Assembly (NCBI RefSeq): GCF_035084215.1
Contig: NC_090368.1
Span: forward strand, 3,596,001 to 3,660,000
Direction of reading: 5' to 3'
From: Heptranchias perlo
Lineage: Eukaryota
Length of the DNA stretch: 64,000 nt
The notes under the pieces: generated by a model
Seen by the model: only the letters and a program-made list of their open reading frames with translations
Told to the model about the DNA's origin: nothing
Database searches by the model: none
Shown here: positions 1-11,900 of the stretch, piece by piece
Layout of the letters: every line of letters begins with the position of its first letter
Numbering within the stretch: the first letter of the stretch is position 1
Program-made: the position numbers and the translations under genes

Positions 1-224
1 ACAGCAGATGAGGCAGAGATAGAGCGCATTTCTGCATTGTGTTTCACGCGACTTCAGATAGACAGAGTACACAAGCTTTAAAAGCTGGCTTTGCCCCGTG
101 GAAGATCTTGACACGAGGAGGACTGCAAACAGGATCCTTGGACCAAAGTCTCTGTAACCCTTGGACTCAACCTAATCAAACGATCGGCCTTTTAAAAGGC
201 GCCAGCTGTTGTCATTGTTAGTCC

Positions 225-560
225 CGTGCCACTCGCTATCACTCCACTGAGGGAGTGCTGCACTGTCGGAGGTGCCGTCTTTCAGAGGAGACATTAAACC
301 GAGGCCCCGTCTGCCCCTCTCAGGAGCCCACGGCCACTATTCGAAGAACAGGGGAGTTCTCCTCGGTGTCCTGGGCCAATATTTAATCCCTCAACTGACA
401 TCGCTTAAGAAGAAAACCCAGATTACCTGGTCACTTATCACGTTGCTGTTTGTGGGATCTTGCTGTGCACAAAATGGCTTCCTACATTACAACCACACTT
501 CAAAAAGTACTTCACTGGGGGACGTCCTGAGGCCGCGACAGAAATGCAAGTCTTTCTTTA
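225..560 (+). mobile_element. DeuSINE (SacSINE1/AmnSINE-like) copy
   Basis: Deu-domain GTGCTGCACTGTCGGAGGTGCCGTCTTTC...CCGAGGCCCCG; other copies near 2440-2730(-), 6205-6580, 7220-7560(-), 18010-18480, 25100-25520, 26460-26730, 28530-28960, 35470-35820(-), 37750-38080, 42610-42990, 48450-48870, 58480-58905, 63790-64000. Confidence 0.8.
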
Positions 561-672
561 ATTGAATGGAGGAACAGGTTCGAGGGGCTGAACGGCCATA
601 TCCTGTTTCCCAGTAACCACAAGGCACTCAAGTGTCCTCGGGCTCCCCACCCTCCCCCCCCCCGGTACTTAC

Positions 673-954
673 CCGGGAGAAAATAACTGCAGTGGAATAG
701 ACGACTGACTTGGGGGGCTGAATGCGGACAGCGCTGGAGGGGTCCCGCAGTTCCAGCCGGGTCCAGTTGATGTGCAGCGAGCTGCTGGGGGAGCTGGTGT
801 AGACCAGCAGGACAGTGGGGGCCCCCAGGGTGCTCCAGAGGTAGTGGATGGTGTCGTTACGGCCGACTGCCCGCACGTGGAGCACGTTCGGAACGCTGGG
901 AGAGGAGGAGTCCGTGACCGATTCATTCCTTCCAGGATTATACTCGAAGGAAAC
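673..954 (-). CDS. GLMP: GLMP (glycosylated lysosomal membrane protein, C1orf85) coding exon 2; gene continues off the left edge
   Basis: AG/GT-bounded 282-nt exon VSFEYNPG...LHVRAVGRNDTIHYLWSTLGAP...STAVIFSR resembles human [21 protein letters not shown]...SSALVFTR; lies downstream of CCT3 on the same strand, as in human. Confidence 0.9.
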
Positions 955-956
955 CT

Positions 957-980
957 GAGAGAGAGAGAGAGAGAGAGAGA
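957..980. repeat. (GA)n microsatellite forming the GLMP exon 2 polypyrimidine tract
   Basis: Direct reading. Confidence 0.9.
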
Positions 981-1019
981 AAACAATGGTCAGCTACACT
1001 GGGTTCAGATTGATTCAAC

Positions 1020-1500
1020 AACTTTCATTTATATAGCGCCTTTAATGTAAAACGTCCCCGAGGCGCTTCTCAGGAGCGTAAATCAGACAGAATTTGACAC
1101 CGATCCACGTAAGGAGATATTAGGACAGGTGACCAAAAGTTCGGTCAAAGAGGGAGGTTTTAAAGGAGCGTCTTAAAGGAGGAGAGAGGGGCGGAGAGGT
1201 TTAGGGAGGGAATTCCAGAGCTTCGGGCCCAGGCGGCTGAAGGCACGGCCGCCAATGGAGGGGTGAAGGAATTGGGAGACGCGCAAGAGGCCAGAATTGG
1301 AGGAGCGCAGAGATCTCGGAGGTCTGTAGGGCTGGAGGAGGTTACAGAGATAGGGAGGGGGCCACGGAGAGACGTGAACACCAGGACGAAAACTGTAAAC
1401 TCGAGGTGTTGCCGGACCGGGAGCCAATGTAGGTCAGCGAGCGCAGGGGGGTGATGGGTGAATGGGACTTGGTGCGAGTTAGGATACGGGGCAGCAGAGA
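1020..1500 (-). mobile_element. L2-type LINE 3' fragment
   Basis: Translates LRSSNSGLL...[15 protein letters not shown]; tail GGCGCTATATAAATG shared with the SINEs; other copies near 9905-10270, 10840-11070, 12690-12980, 29295-29630, 33095-33410, 54745-55290, 57650-58240. Confidence 0.75.
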
Positions 1501-3076
1501 TTCCCCATTCCCCCTCTGGAAGGGGCTGACCCAGGCTGGGGTACAGTTCTGTACAGCCCCAGCTGGCTAGTCACACTTTCTTTATTTAAAAAAAAAATGT
1601 CTAGGCTGATGCACATTGGCCAGCTATTTGGCCACAGGGGCATCGCGAAGCATGTACGCTCCCCTTTAAACCCCGGGCAGTTAACGTGTTACCAAGATGA
1701 CCTCATCCAGTGGCCACAGAATCAGCATCTGTCACTTATTCCTCATTTCGCTTCCTCATTTCAAACCCTACTTAGAGGAGACACAAATCATTGGAGGAGG
1801 CCATTCGTCCTATCGCCCGTGTTCTATCTCTGAAGCTCACCCCTCAATCCCGTTCTCCTGCCCTTTTAAAAAAATTTTTTTTTTTTTTTAAACTTACAAA
1901 TATTTATCCACTTCCTTTACGCTCTCGTTACTGACTCACAGACCAGTAGCTCCCCGTCCCCCCGTTTACCTTACCACAGCCCCTCATAATTTTAAGCACT
2001 TCTATTAAATCTGCTCTTAACCCTCCCTGATCCAGTGAAAGGAACCCCATACTCTCTAATCTCTCAGGTGTGGAATTAGCTCTCATCTGGGGAAGCAATG
2101 GCGGAGGGGAAGGGGGCTGCGGTCGGCAGTGGGGGCCCCCCTGGGGGATAGGGGAGGGCTCGCAGTCCTGACTCTAGCTACTCCCGCTGGAAACGCTCGA
2201 GGAGCCCGGCAGGCGAGGACGGGACTGGGTCCCACTGCGACACCCTCCGTTCTCAAACGTGCCGACTGACTCTTGCAGTCAGGGCTCATACAAGAAGGGG
2301 TGAGGTACAATATGTACACTAGGGAGGGAGTTAACACGAGCCAGTGGGGAGGGTTTGAGAGACGAGATATCAATGCACACCCGACCAGGTATCGGAGATG
2401 TACTCGTGTCCAAGGATGCAGATAGAGTGAACGTGCATTTGTTCACGGGCGATACTTTTGAAGTGTCATTAATTTAGAAAAACACAACAGCCAATTTGCG
2501 CACAGCAAGATCCCACAACAGCAAATGAGATGACGACCAGTCAATTCATTTTTTAAAAAGGGTGTTGATCGAGGGATAAATATTAGCCCAGGACACCGGG
2601 GAGAACTTCCCTGCTCTTCTTCCAATAGTGGCGGTGGGACTTTTAACCAGAGAAGGCGGACGGGGCCCTCAGTTTAACGTCTCCTCCAAAAGACGGCACC
2701 TCCCTCAGTACTGCACTGGGAGTGTCAGCCTTTAACAGGAGCTCAGGTCTGTAATAAACCTCAGCAATCTGGGTCGCACACCCTCTGCACCAGCCCAGTA
2801 GATAGCCTGCCAGGATAACGCGTACTACAATATAATTGGCCACAGCCGACATCACGACTGGACTTCAGTCAACTACCGACATTGGCGTGCGCTGCAAGAC
2901 AGCTCCACCAATTGAGCAGATCACAGAGTCACAGTGAAAGAAACATTTTACAATGCATCAGTTATGGGTAACTCCCTCCCAACAGAATCCATCCCCTCTC
3001 CCCACAATTCTCTCCCCCCGTCAAGTGACGGGAAGTCAAGGGACACACATTTCCCCCCCATGACCAAATAGCCAGT

Positions 3077-3077
<1 letters not shown>

Positions 3078-3104
<27 letters not shown>
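3078..3104. repeat. (CA)n microsatellite
   Basis: Direct reading. Confidence 0.9.
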
Positions 3105-3108
<4 letters not shown>

Positions 3109-3129
3109 TCACTAATGTGATTTCTGGCA

Positions 3130-4745
3130 GATGTCCCATTATGATACATTTCGGTAGGAAGAATGAGGAGAGGCAATATAAACTAGAGGGCACAGTTCTA
3201 AAAGGGGTACAGGAACAGAGGAGATCTGGGGGTATATGTGCACAAATCGTTGAAGATGGCAGGGCAGGTTGAAAAAGCAGTTAAAAAGGCATACAGGATC
3301 CTGGGCTTTATAAATAGAGGCGTAGAGTACAAAGGCAAGGAGGTCATGATGAACCTTTATAAAACACTGGTTCGGCCACAACTGGAGTATTGTGTCCAGT
3401 TCTGGGCACCGCACTTTGGGAGGGATGTGTCGGCCTTGGAGGGGGTGCAGAAGGGATTTACTAGAATGATTCCAGGGATGAGGGACTTTAGTTACGTGGA
3501 TAGACTGGAGAATCTGGGGTTCTTCTCCTTGGAACAGGGAAGATTGAGAGGAGATTTGATCGAGGTGTTTAAAATCATGAAGGGTCTGGACAGACTAGAT
3601 AGAGAGAAACTGTTCCCATTGGCAGAAGGGTCAAGAACCTGAGGGCATAGATTTAAGGTAATTGGCAAAAGAACCAAAGGTGACAAGGAGAAACTTTTTT
3701 ATGCAGCGAGTGGTTATAGGAACAGGAGTAGGCCATTCAGCCCCTCGTGCCTGCTCCACCATTTGATAAGATCATGGCTGATCTGTGATCTAACTCCATA
3801 TACCTGCCTTTGGCCCATATCCCTTAATACCTTTGGTTGCCAAAAAGCTATCTATCTCACATTTAAATTTAGCAATTGAGCTAGTATCAATTGCCGTTTG
3901 CGGAAGAGAGTTCCAAACTTCTACCACCCTTTGTGTGGAGAAATGTTTTCTAATCTCACTCCTGAAAGGTCTGGCTCTAATTTTTAGACTGTGCCCCCTA
4001 CTCCTAAAATCCCCAGCCAGCAGAAATAGTTTCTCTCTATCCACCCTATCTGTTCCCCTTAATATCTTGTAAACTTCAATCAGATCACCCCTTAACCTTC
4101 GAAACTCCAGAGAATACAACCCCAATTTGTGTAATCTCTCCTCGTAACTTAATCCTTGAAGTCCGGGTATCATTCTAGTAAACCTACGCTGCACTCCCTC
4201 CAAAGCCAATATGTCCTACCGAAGGTGCGGTGCCCAGAACTGCTCACAGTACTCCAGGTGCGGTCTAACCAGGGTTTTGTATAGCTGCAGCATAACTTCT
4301 GCCCCCTTGAACTCCAGTCCTCTAGATATAAAGGCCAGCATTCCATTAGCCTTCTTGATTATTTTCTGCACCTGTTCATGACACTTCAATGATCTATGTA
4401 CCTGAACCCCTAAGTCCCTTTGAACATCCACTGTTTTTAAACTTTTAACCATTTAGAAAGTACCCTGTTCTATCCTTTATTGATCCAAAGTGGATGACCT
4501 CACATTTGTCTACATTGAATTCCATTTGCCACATGATATGATCTGGAATGCACTGCCCGAGGGGGTGGTGGAGGCAGATTCAATTGTGGCTTTCAAAAGG
4601 GAACTGGATAAGTACTTGAAAGGAAAAAATTTGCAGGGCTACGGGGACAGGGCGGGGGAGTGGGACTAGCTGGATTGCTCGTGCATAGAGCCGGCACGGA
4701 CTCGATGGGCCAAATGGCCTCCTTCCATGCTGTAACCTTTCTATA
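3130..4745. mobile_element. CR1 LINE 3' fragment (+) interrupted by a second CR1 fragment (-, ~3717-4535)
   Basis: CR1 ORF2 C-terminal peptides [42 protein letters not shown] on both strands. Confidence 0.85.
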
Positions 4746-4769
4746 ACTGAGCCCAGTCCCATTCAGATG

Positions 4770-5085
4770 ATAATCACTGCTCCCATTTTTTTTCCCCCAG
4801 ACAGGGGGTGTTGGTTCTGCTGTTACCATTTACACCTCTTCTTGACCCATCTTTTGTTTCTGTACTTATCCCATATACCAGCCCCTTTTGTCCTTGCACT
4901 ATCGTCCTTTTTGTCATTTAATCACTCCTGCCCTATTTGTTCTCCCCCCACCTGGCTCTAAACTTGCTTAAAACTGTTTGACCTCTAAACATCCAGTTCT
5001 GATGAAAGGTCTTCGACCTGACTCCTCAACCCTGTTCCTCCCCCTCTCTCTCTCTACAGATGCTGCCTGACTTGCTGAGCGTTTG
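4770..5085 (+). mobile_element. Penelope-like element fragment (related to 56880-57050 - and 24810-24940)
   Basis: CAGTTCTGATGAAAGGTCTTCGACCTGA...CAGATGCTGCCTGACTTGCTGAG; hammerhead core truncated here. Confidence 0.6.
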
Positions 5086-5440
5086 CAGGTTTTAATCCAG
5101 TCCCCCTTCGAACCCTCACTTCCCAGCAATGAAGCAACGGAGGATAACCGCCCAGCAGCGGGAACCCCGGCCTATTTTATCCCCACATCATCGGCGCTCA
5201 GGCCAACCCTTCCACTGATGCTTGGGGGACAAAGTGAGTGCGAAACCGGCGAGATAACAAGGTAAAAAGGGACAATACACAGGGCTGCCTTGAAATAAAC
5301 TTTCAGAATGTATCTTTTTTTCCTTTTTAACTCTCATTCCAACGACAGCACTGCTCTTACCCCCCCCCCCCCTTAAATTAGATTTAAAACCTCCCCGTGT
5401 TGTAGATTTTATGCTCCCTACCCTCCTGCTACCCCGTTAC

Positions 5441-5530
5441 CTGTCGGCGGTAGGAGTCGGTGCCCCTCGCATGTCTCGACTGCAATGTAACAAACCAGAC
5501 AGACAGCAACAATGTCACTAACGCGGCCAT
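5441..5530 (-). CDS. GLMP: GLMP coding exon 1 (signal peptide)
   Basis: MAALVTLLLSVWFVTLQSRHARGTDSYRRQ then CAG|GTAACG donor; phase 0 matches exon 2 (human ...TRQ|VSL). Confidence 0.8.
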
Positions 5531-5635
5531 GTCTGTTACACTGCCGCATCACCTGACCTGACCAGCTGACTCCCGCCGCTCTCTTAAAGGCACATGTACT
5601 CTTAAAGGCGCAGGCGCCCTTAAAGAAAACGGATT
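5531..5635 (-). promoter_or_regulatory. GLMP proximal promoter with E-box/CLEAR-like motifs
   Basis: TCACCTGAC, CAGCTGAC, CACATG and 3x CTTAAAG immediately upstream of the ATG. Confidence 0.45.
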
Positions 5636-5754
5636 GTTTTGCTTCGGGGTTGGAGGGCGGGCGGGTTGTAATTCAGTCCCCCATTCTAAAGTTGTGCATT
5701 CCTCTCTTGACTTTGAGGGCGGCAAAGTTTACACACATTTCCCATTGCCAGCAC

Positions 5755-6200
5755 AAGATAAAGCAGCCCGCTTGATTGGCACCCCATCCACCACCCTAAA
5801 CATTCACTCCCTTCACCACCGGCGCACTGTGGCTGCTGTGTGCACCATCCACAGGATGCACTGCAACGACTCGCCAAGGCTTCTTCGACAGTACCTCCCA
5901 AACCCGCGACCTCTATCACCTAGAAGGACAAGAGCAGCAGGCACATGGGAACATCGCCACCTGCACGTTCCCCTCCAGGTCACATACCATCCCGACTTGG
6001 AAATATATTGCCGTTCCTTCATTGTCGCTGGGTCAAAATCCTGGAACGCCCCTTCCTAACAGCACTGTGGGAGAACCGTCACCACACGGACTACAGCGGT
6101 TCAAGAAGGCGGCTCACCACCACCCTCTTGAGGGCAATTAGGGGATGGGCAATAAATGCCGGCCTCGCCAGCGACGCCCACATCCCATTAACGAATAAAA
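5755..6200 (+). mobile_element. Non-LTR retrotransposon 3' fragment (second copy 56320-56760, -)
   Basis: QDKAARLIGTPSTTLNIHSLHHRRTVAAVCTI peptide, A-rich tail; near-identical reverse copy. Confidence 0.7.
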
Positions 6201-8560
6201 AAAAAATCCAGGCTGACACTCCACTGAGGGAGTGCTGCACTGTCGGAGGTGCCGTCTTTCAGATGAGACGTTAAACTGAGGCCCCGTCTGCCCCTCTCAG
6301 ATAGACGTGAAAGATCCCACGGCCACTATTTCAAAGAAGAGCGGGGGGAGTTCTCCCCGGTGTCCTGGGCCAATATTTATCCCTCAAGCAACATTGCTAA
6401 AAACAGATTATCTGGACATTTATCACATTGTTGTTTGTGGGAGCTTGCTGTTTGCAAATTGGCTTCCACATTTCCCACATTACAACAGTGACTACACTTC
6501 AAAAATACTTCACTGGCTGTAAAGCGCTTTGGGAGATCCTGAGGCCATGAAGAACGTTATAGAAATGCAAGTCTTTCTTTCTTCTTCTTTCTGAATGTGG
6601 ACAGAGGTATTTGTATTGGGAAAAGTCAACTGGCAGTGCATGTAAGATTTTAATACCATATATATATAAATTCGCATGAAATGCTTGAAATGCACTTCCC
6701 ATTTTGGCTCATTGGTAAAGAGTCTTTGATCCCCATTATTTACGTACGACCTGGCTGTTCTCAGTACAAGGGGCCACAATTGTCCGCACTGTCCCTGGGT
6801 TAAAGATGGCCCTAATAACTGTCCAACAGCCACTACTGGAAAGTGCGTGCGGTGAGGAGAGTATCAGGTTCCATTACGATGCCTGCTGCAGTCAAATAGC
6901 GCCCCCCCCCCCCCCAGGGACTCATTTTCAAGTTACACGTGAAGAATGGCCACTTGGCCTATGCACATGAGAGCACGCCCTGCTGGTGCAATCATACCAC
7001 AGGGAGAAAGGCAGGGCACGGTCAAACTAGAGAGAAAAAAATTGCTGCAGGGCAGAACAGATCAATCAGTATCTGAAAGGGAAAGGCATTTTAGAGTTTT
7101 CGATGGGTTCCATGATGAAGAGCCCTACCCAAAATGTCAACCTGCCTTTCTCAATGAGATACTGATGCATTTCCAGTACTTTTTGGACATTTCCAGTAAT
7201 TTGCAGATTTTTTTCATTAAAGAACTTGCATTTATATAGCGCCTTTCACCACCTCAGGACGCTCTGAAGTGCTTTACAGCCAATGAAGTGTACTCACTGT
7301 TGCAACATAGGGAACACTGGATCCAATTTGTGCACAGCAAGATCCCATACTTAGCAATGTGATAATGACCAGAATATGTTTTAGTGATGTTGGTTGAGGG
7401 ATAAATGTTGGCCAGGACACCAGAGTGGGGGGGAAAACTCCCCCACTTTTCTTCAAAAATAGTGGCTGTGGGATCTTTTACGTCCACTCGAGGGGGTAGA
7501 GGGGGGCCTGGGTTTAACCTTACGCGAAAGACGACACATCAGCTCAAGCCTCTGGAGTTGAACTCAAACCCAATACATTCTGACTTAGAGTGCTATCCAC
7601 TGCTGACAACAAAGGAACCTGATGGCCAGGTTAATTTAACCAACACATCAATGTACAAATATTCCACTGCTTTGTTCAGTTTAGGGATCAGGGAGTTTTT
7701 AATGTGGAACTGTGATTCCAGACACAAGAGAAACTGAGGCTCTTTTCATTGGAACATAGAAGGTTGAAGAGACCTGCTGGAGGGCGATCAAGATTATGAG
7801 GTTTTGATCATGTAAATTAGGGAAAACTATTTCCACTGGTCAGTAACTAGAGGGCATAAATTTAAGATCAGCATCAATAAGAACAAAGGGAGTTCAGGAG
7901 AGTCGGATTAGACAAGGTGGCTCTTAAATCACTGGTGCAGATTAGTAGATGGGCTAAATGGCCTGTTTGTGCTTTAGCATTCTACAACTGTCCCAATAAA
8001 TGAAGTATGCAGCTTGTAGTCTACTCCCTGCTTTGTGATAACAGTGAATGAATGCGAGGAGCATCAGGCGACAGGTACGAGAATTACAGGGCTCTCGTTT
8101 TGTAGTGTAAATCTAGAGGTAGCAATGCACCTTTTCACTGAATTAAGTTGGTGACTTGCATTGGTTGTTCCAACTCTCCTCCTCCTCCCCATTTGCCAAC
8201 TGGCACATTTGCACCCACTCAAGCGCCTGAAGCTCCCCCACTCTCCATCGAGATGCATCCTGTTTACTGCTTATCCTCGCCAGCACAGCCAAAACAGGCA
8301 ACTCGTGATGGAGTTAAATCGTGAGTGGATGCCCGGAGTACAAGGTACCAGATTGTTCTTCCTCCCGTCGCTGCTGGGTTCGCAGACACTGGCAATTCTT
8401 CAATGTGTGAGGCCTGGGCCGGCATCAGAGCCGAGACTGCCCTCAACCGACACCCCCATCCAGAGAGGACTCCTTCAGGAGAGGAGAGGGGAAATGGGGG
8501 AAGATAGCATGTGTTAAAAAGAAACAGTAAACCACAAGCAGCACTCTAATTGGAGTAATC

Positions 8561-8566
8561 TTTATT
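8561..8566 (-). terminator. CCT3 polyadenylation signal
   Basis: AATAAA on the minus strand ~290 nt after the stop. Confidence 0.65.
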
Positions 8567-8851
8567 GAATATCGACAATGAAAACTAAAATAATGAAAGT
8601 TACTGTTGGTGCTCCTTCAAACAGCCATGGAGAGTTCCGAATAAGTAACCGCACATTTTCATCGCCCCCTCCCACCCACCTTCCCCAGACCTGGTTGACC
8701 TTTGCTGCCTTGTCTCGTCTTTAAACAATAAATATGGATTTGGGGGGAGGAAGGGGCCTGTCCCGAGCGGTTACTGCATTGGGGGAGGCGGCTGTGTGGA
8801 GACCGGATGGGGCGTGGTCCTACGCTGCATTCGGTGCCGCGGTCCCATGTT

Positions 8852-8950
8852 TTAATTGTGCGATGCATCCCCGTCGCCGCCGTGACTGCCGTCCTTCTTG
8901 CTCTTGTGACCGGACACGATGTCGTCAATGCGCAGCAGCAAGATGGCGGT
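8852..8950 (-). CDS. CCT3: CCT3 exon 14 (terminal)
   Basis: TAILLLRIDDIVSGHKSKKDGSHGGDGDASHN*. Confidence 0.95.
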   Translation of the reverse strand, partial: TAILLLRIDDIVSGHKSKKDGSHGGDGDASHN

Positions 8951-11900
8951 CTGCAGGTGAAACAGAAGGCAAACGTGAGAAAGGTCAGCACACAGCAGGC
9001 AGGGGTTTCTCTACTCTTTTCACCCCTCTTCTCCCGATGGCACTGACTTGCAGTGGGATACAATCCCACAGGCAGCAGCCCAAGAATGGAACGTCCCAGC
9101 CTTCAACAGACCGCCACGTTTCCGAGCTGGATTTACTGGTTAGTGACCAGTTGCATGAATCCTGCCCCCACACCCACCTCCCAAACCCCAGGACACTGAA
9201 ACCAATCGGTGCCGTCCCTATTTCTGCCTTGACAGATCAGATAACTCGGCACAGTGTGGAGGATTGAATCGGAGATCTTCCTGATCTGATAGAGGCCTTT
9301 TTAAGATACTGAAGGGGTTTGATAGAGTGGACGTAGAGAAAATATTTCTATTTGTGGGGGGAGACCAAAACTAGAGTTCATCAATGTGAGAGAGTCATTA
9401 ATAAATCCAATAGGGAATTCAGGAGAAACTTCTTTACCCAGAGAGTGGTGAGAATGTGGAGTTGAGGCGAATAACAGATGCATTTAAGGGGAAGCTAGAT
9501 CGGTACACAAAGGAGAAAGGAATAGAAGGATACGCTAATAGGGTGAGATGAAGAGGGGAGGGAGGCTTGTGTAGAACATAAATGCCAGCATAGACCAGCT
9601 GGGCCGAATGGCCTGTTCTGTGCTGTAGGCTCAGTCACACGTTGCATGTTTATCAAGAGCCACTGAAGGGTGGAGGGCCTCCTCATGGCCAGAATCGTAT
9701 TGTGGTTGCACTGCAGTTTCAAATAGGCACGTCAACATCTGAGCCTCCTACTGAGATGAGGTGTGTGCTCTTCTCAGAATGAAAACTGGTTTACATGAAC
9801 AGCAAACCCACCCCCCCCACCCCACCAATGCCAGTTGAGTCACTATGATTTCCCACCTACTACCACAATCCCTTGTTTTTCTGTCCTCAGTTGAAAGCAT
9901 TTGATTTAAGAGTTTTGTTTTCAAATCCCTCCATGGCCTCGTCACCCTCCCTATCTCTGTAACCTCCTCCAGCCTTACAACCTCCAAGATCTCTGCGCTC
10001 CTCCAATTCTGGCTTCTTGCGCATCCCCAATTTCCTTCGCTCCACCATTGGCGGCCGTGCCTTCAGCTGCCCGGGCCCTAAGCTCTGGAATTCCCTCCCT
10101 AAACCTCTCCATCTCTCTCTCTCCTCCTTTAAGACGCTCCTTAAAACCTACCTCTTTAAACGAGCTTTTGGTCACCTGTCTTAATATCTCCTTACGTGGC
10201 TAGGTGTCAAATTACAATCGCTCCTGTGAAGGGCCTTGGGATGTTTGACTACATCAAGGGTGCTATATAAATGGATGATGATGCTGATGTAAACGCTACA
10301 GGAGAGCAGGACTTCTAGCAGAGCGGCCAAACCTTGCTCTTTGAAGGCCACTTAGGGCCCAGCATGGAGCTATGTAGATGGTTTAAATCCCCATTCCCAC
10401 TAATTATACTTCAAACTGCAGACACTAACAGATCTTACCGTTCCGATTTATGCACCAAAGAGATGACAGCGCAATGTAAAGCACTTTGCAAACCCCCAGG
10501 CCCATGAAATTCAAACAGGGCAGATCAGAGTGAGAAATAAACACAAATAGGAGACTTGTCAGGGTTTCACGGGCACTAGTTGGGACAACCTTGCAATCAA
10601 AATCTTAACAGTCCCGTCAAGTTACAAACAAGTACTGTTTGCAATCATTCATTCTGCCAGGACCGTACAATTATATTCATATTCACAGCTAACAAAAAAT
10701 ACATTTTTAACCATCTTCTACATTTTGCTATTGAAGTTTATAGAGATAAGAAATACCAAAATAACTCCGACATATCCATTCCTGTAAACAGTTTGTGTCT
10801 TGTGTCAAAACATCTGTGTTTCAACAAAGTGCATTAATACAGCACCTTTAACATAGTGAAACATCTCAAGGTGCTTCACAGGAGCGATTATCAAACAAAA
10901 TTTGACACCGAGCCACATAAGGAGATATTAGGACAGGTGACCAAAAGCTTGGTCAAAGAGGTAGGTTTTAAGGAGGGTCCTAAAGGGGGAGAGAGGGAGA
11001 ATTCTAGAGCTTCGGGCTTGGCAGCTGAAAGCACGGCTGACTATGGCGGAGCGATGAAAATCGGGCAATGAATTTCTTTCAATTGCAGTGATTTAAGCAT
11101 TGAAGAGTTGTGGGATGGGCTGCTACAAACCTGCATCTTTTCATTACAGAAATCATAACCATACCCTCTCCCTCCCAGCCGTGCTCAGCTCTCTGGTGAG
11201 ACTCACCTCGACTGATGTTTTAAAAGTCTGCGCTTTGACAGCCAGTGGCTCCCAGATTCCGAGCTCCTGCATGTCTGCCAAGGCCCCAGTCTCTCCATTG
11301 ACTCCCCAGGTCTGGCAGGCCTCCTGAGTGTGCTTTGCCTGTGAAGAAGAAACACAGGTTGTCATTTAGATTATGCAGGTACAACAGCATCAGAACAGTG
11401 AAACAACAAAAGAATCAGTCATTCTGGAACTAGACATAGTCAAATCAGCAGGGACTTTCCATATAGTATGGACACCAGGAAGGGGAAGGTGGGAAATAAC
11501 CTTTTTTTGGATGCCAAAACTCAGTAATTTCAATCCTGTAGAAGGCTGTTTGGCCATTAATGTTAGCTGTTTATAATGCTGAATTTTTTGGAAACACACA
11601 AACTTTATTGAGGTAAGCATAGTCCCCTTTTTGGGGTCGAATTGGCACCAGTAGGGCATTTCTGGCAAAGTAAGATTGAAACCGAGTCAACCCTCCATGA
11701 TAAGCTCTAATCTGACACCGGAGCCAGGCAAGTTTGTAGTGCTCTCACTGGTAGACCAGTCAGCCTGGTTGATTAATGGGAGCTGGGGGTGGACCTTTCA
11801 CCAGGGCTGGGATTCCTCCCATTCAGCTCCAAATAACCATGCAGGTCAGCACCCAGGGGTCTGGGGGTAACAGAGGCATGGGTGAGGGTTTCAGCAGCAG

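Noticed and set aside
3238-4452. ORFs with reverse-transcriptase C-terminal peptides as active genes
   Set aside because: 5'-truncated, frameshifted CR1 fragments
8659-9267. ORFs of 79-177 aa on both strands
   Set aside because: Shadow frames of the GC-rich CCT3 last exon and UTR
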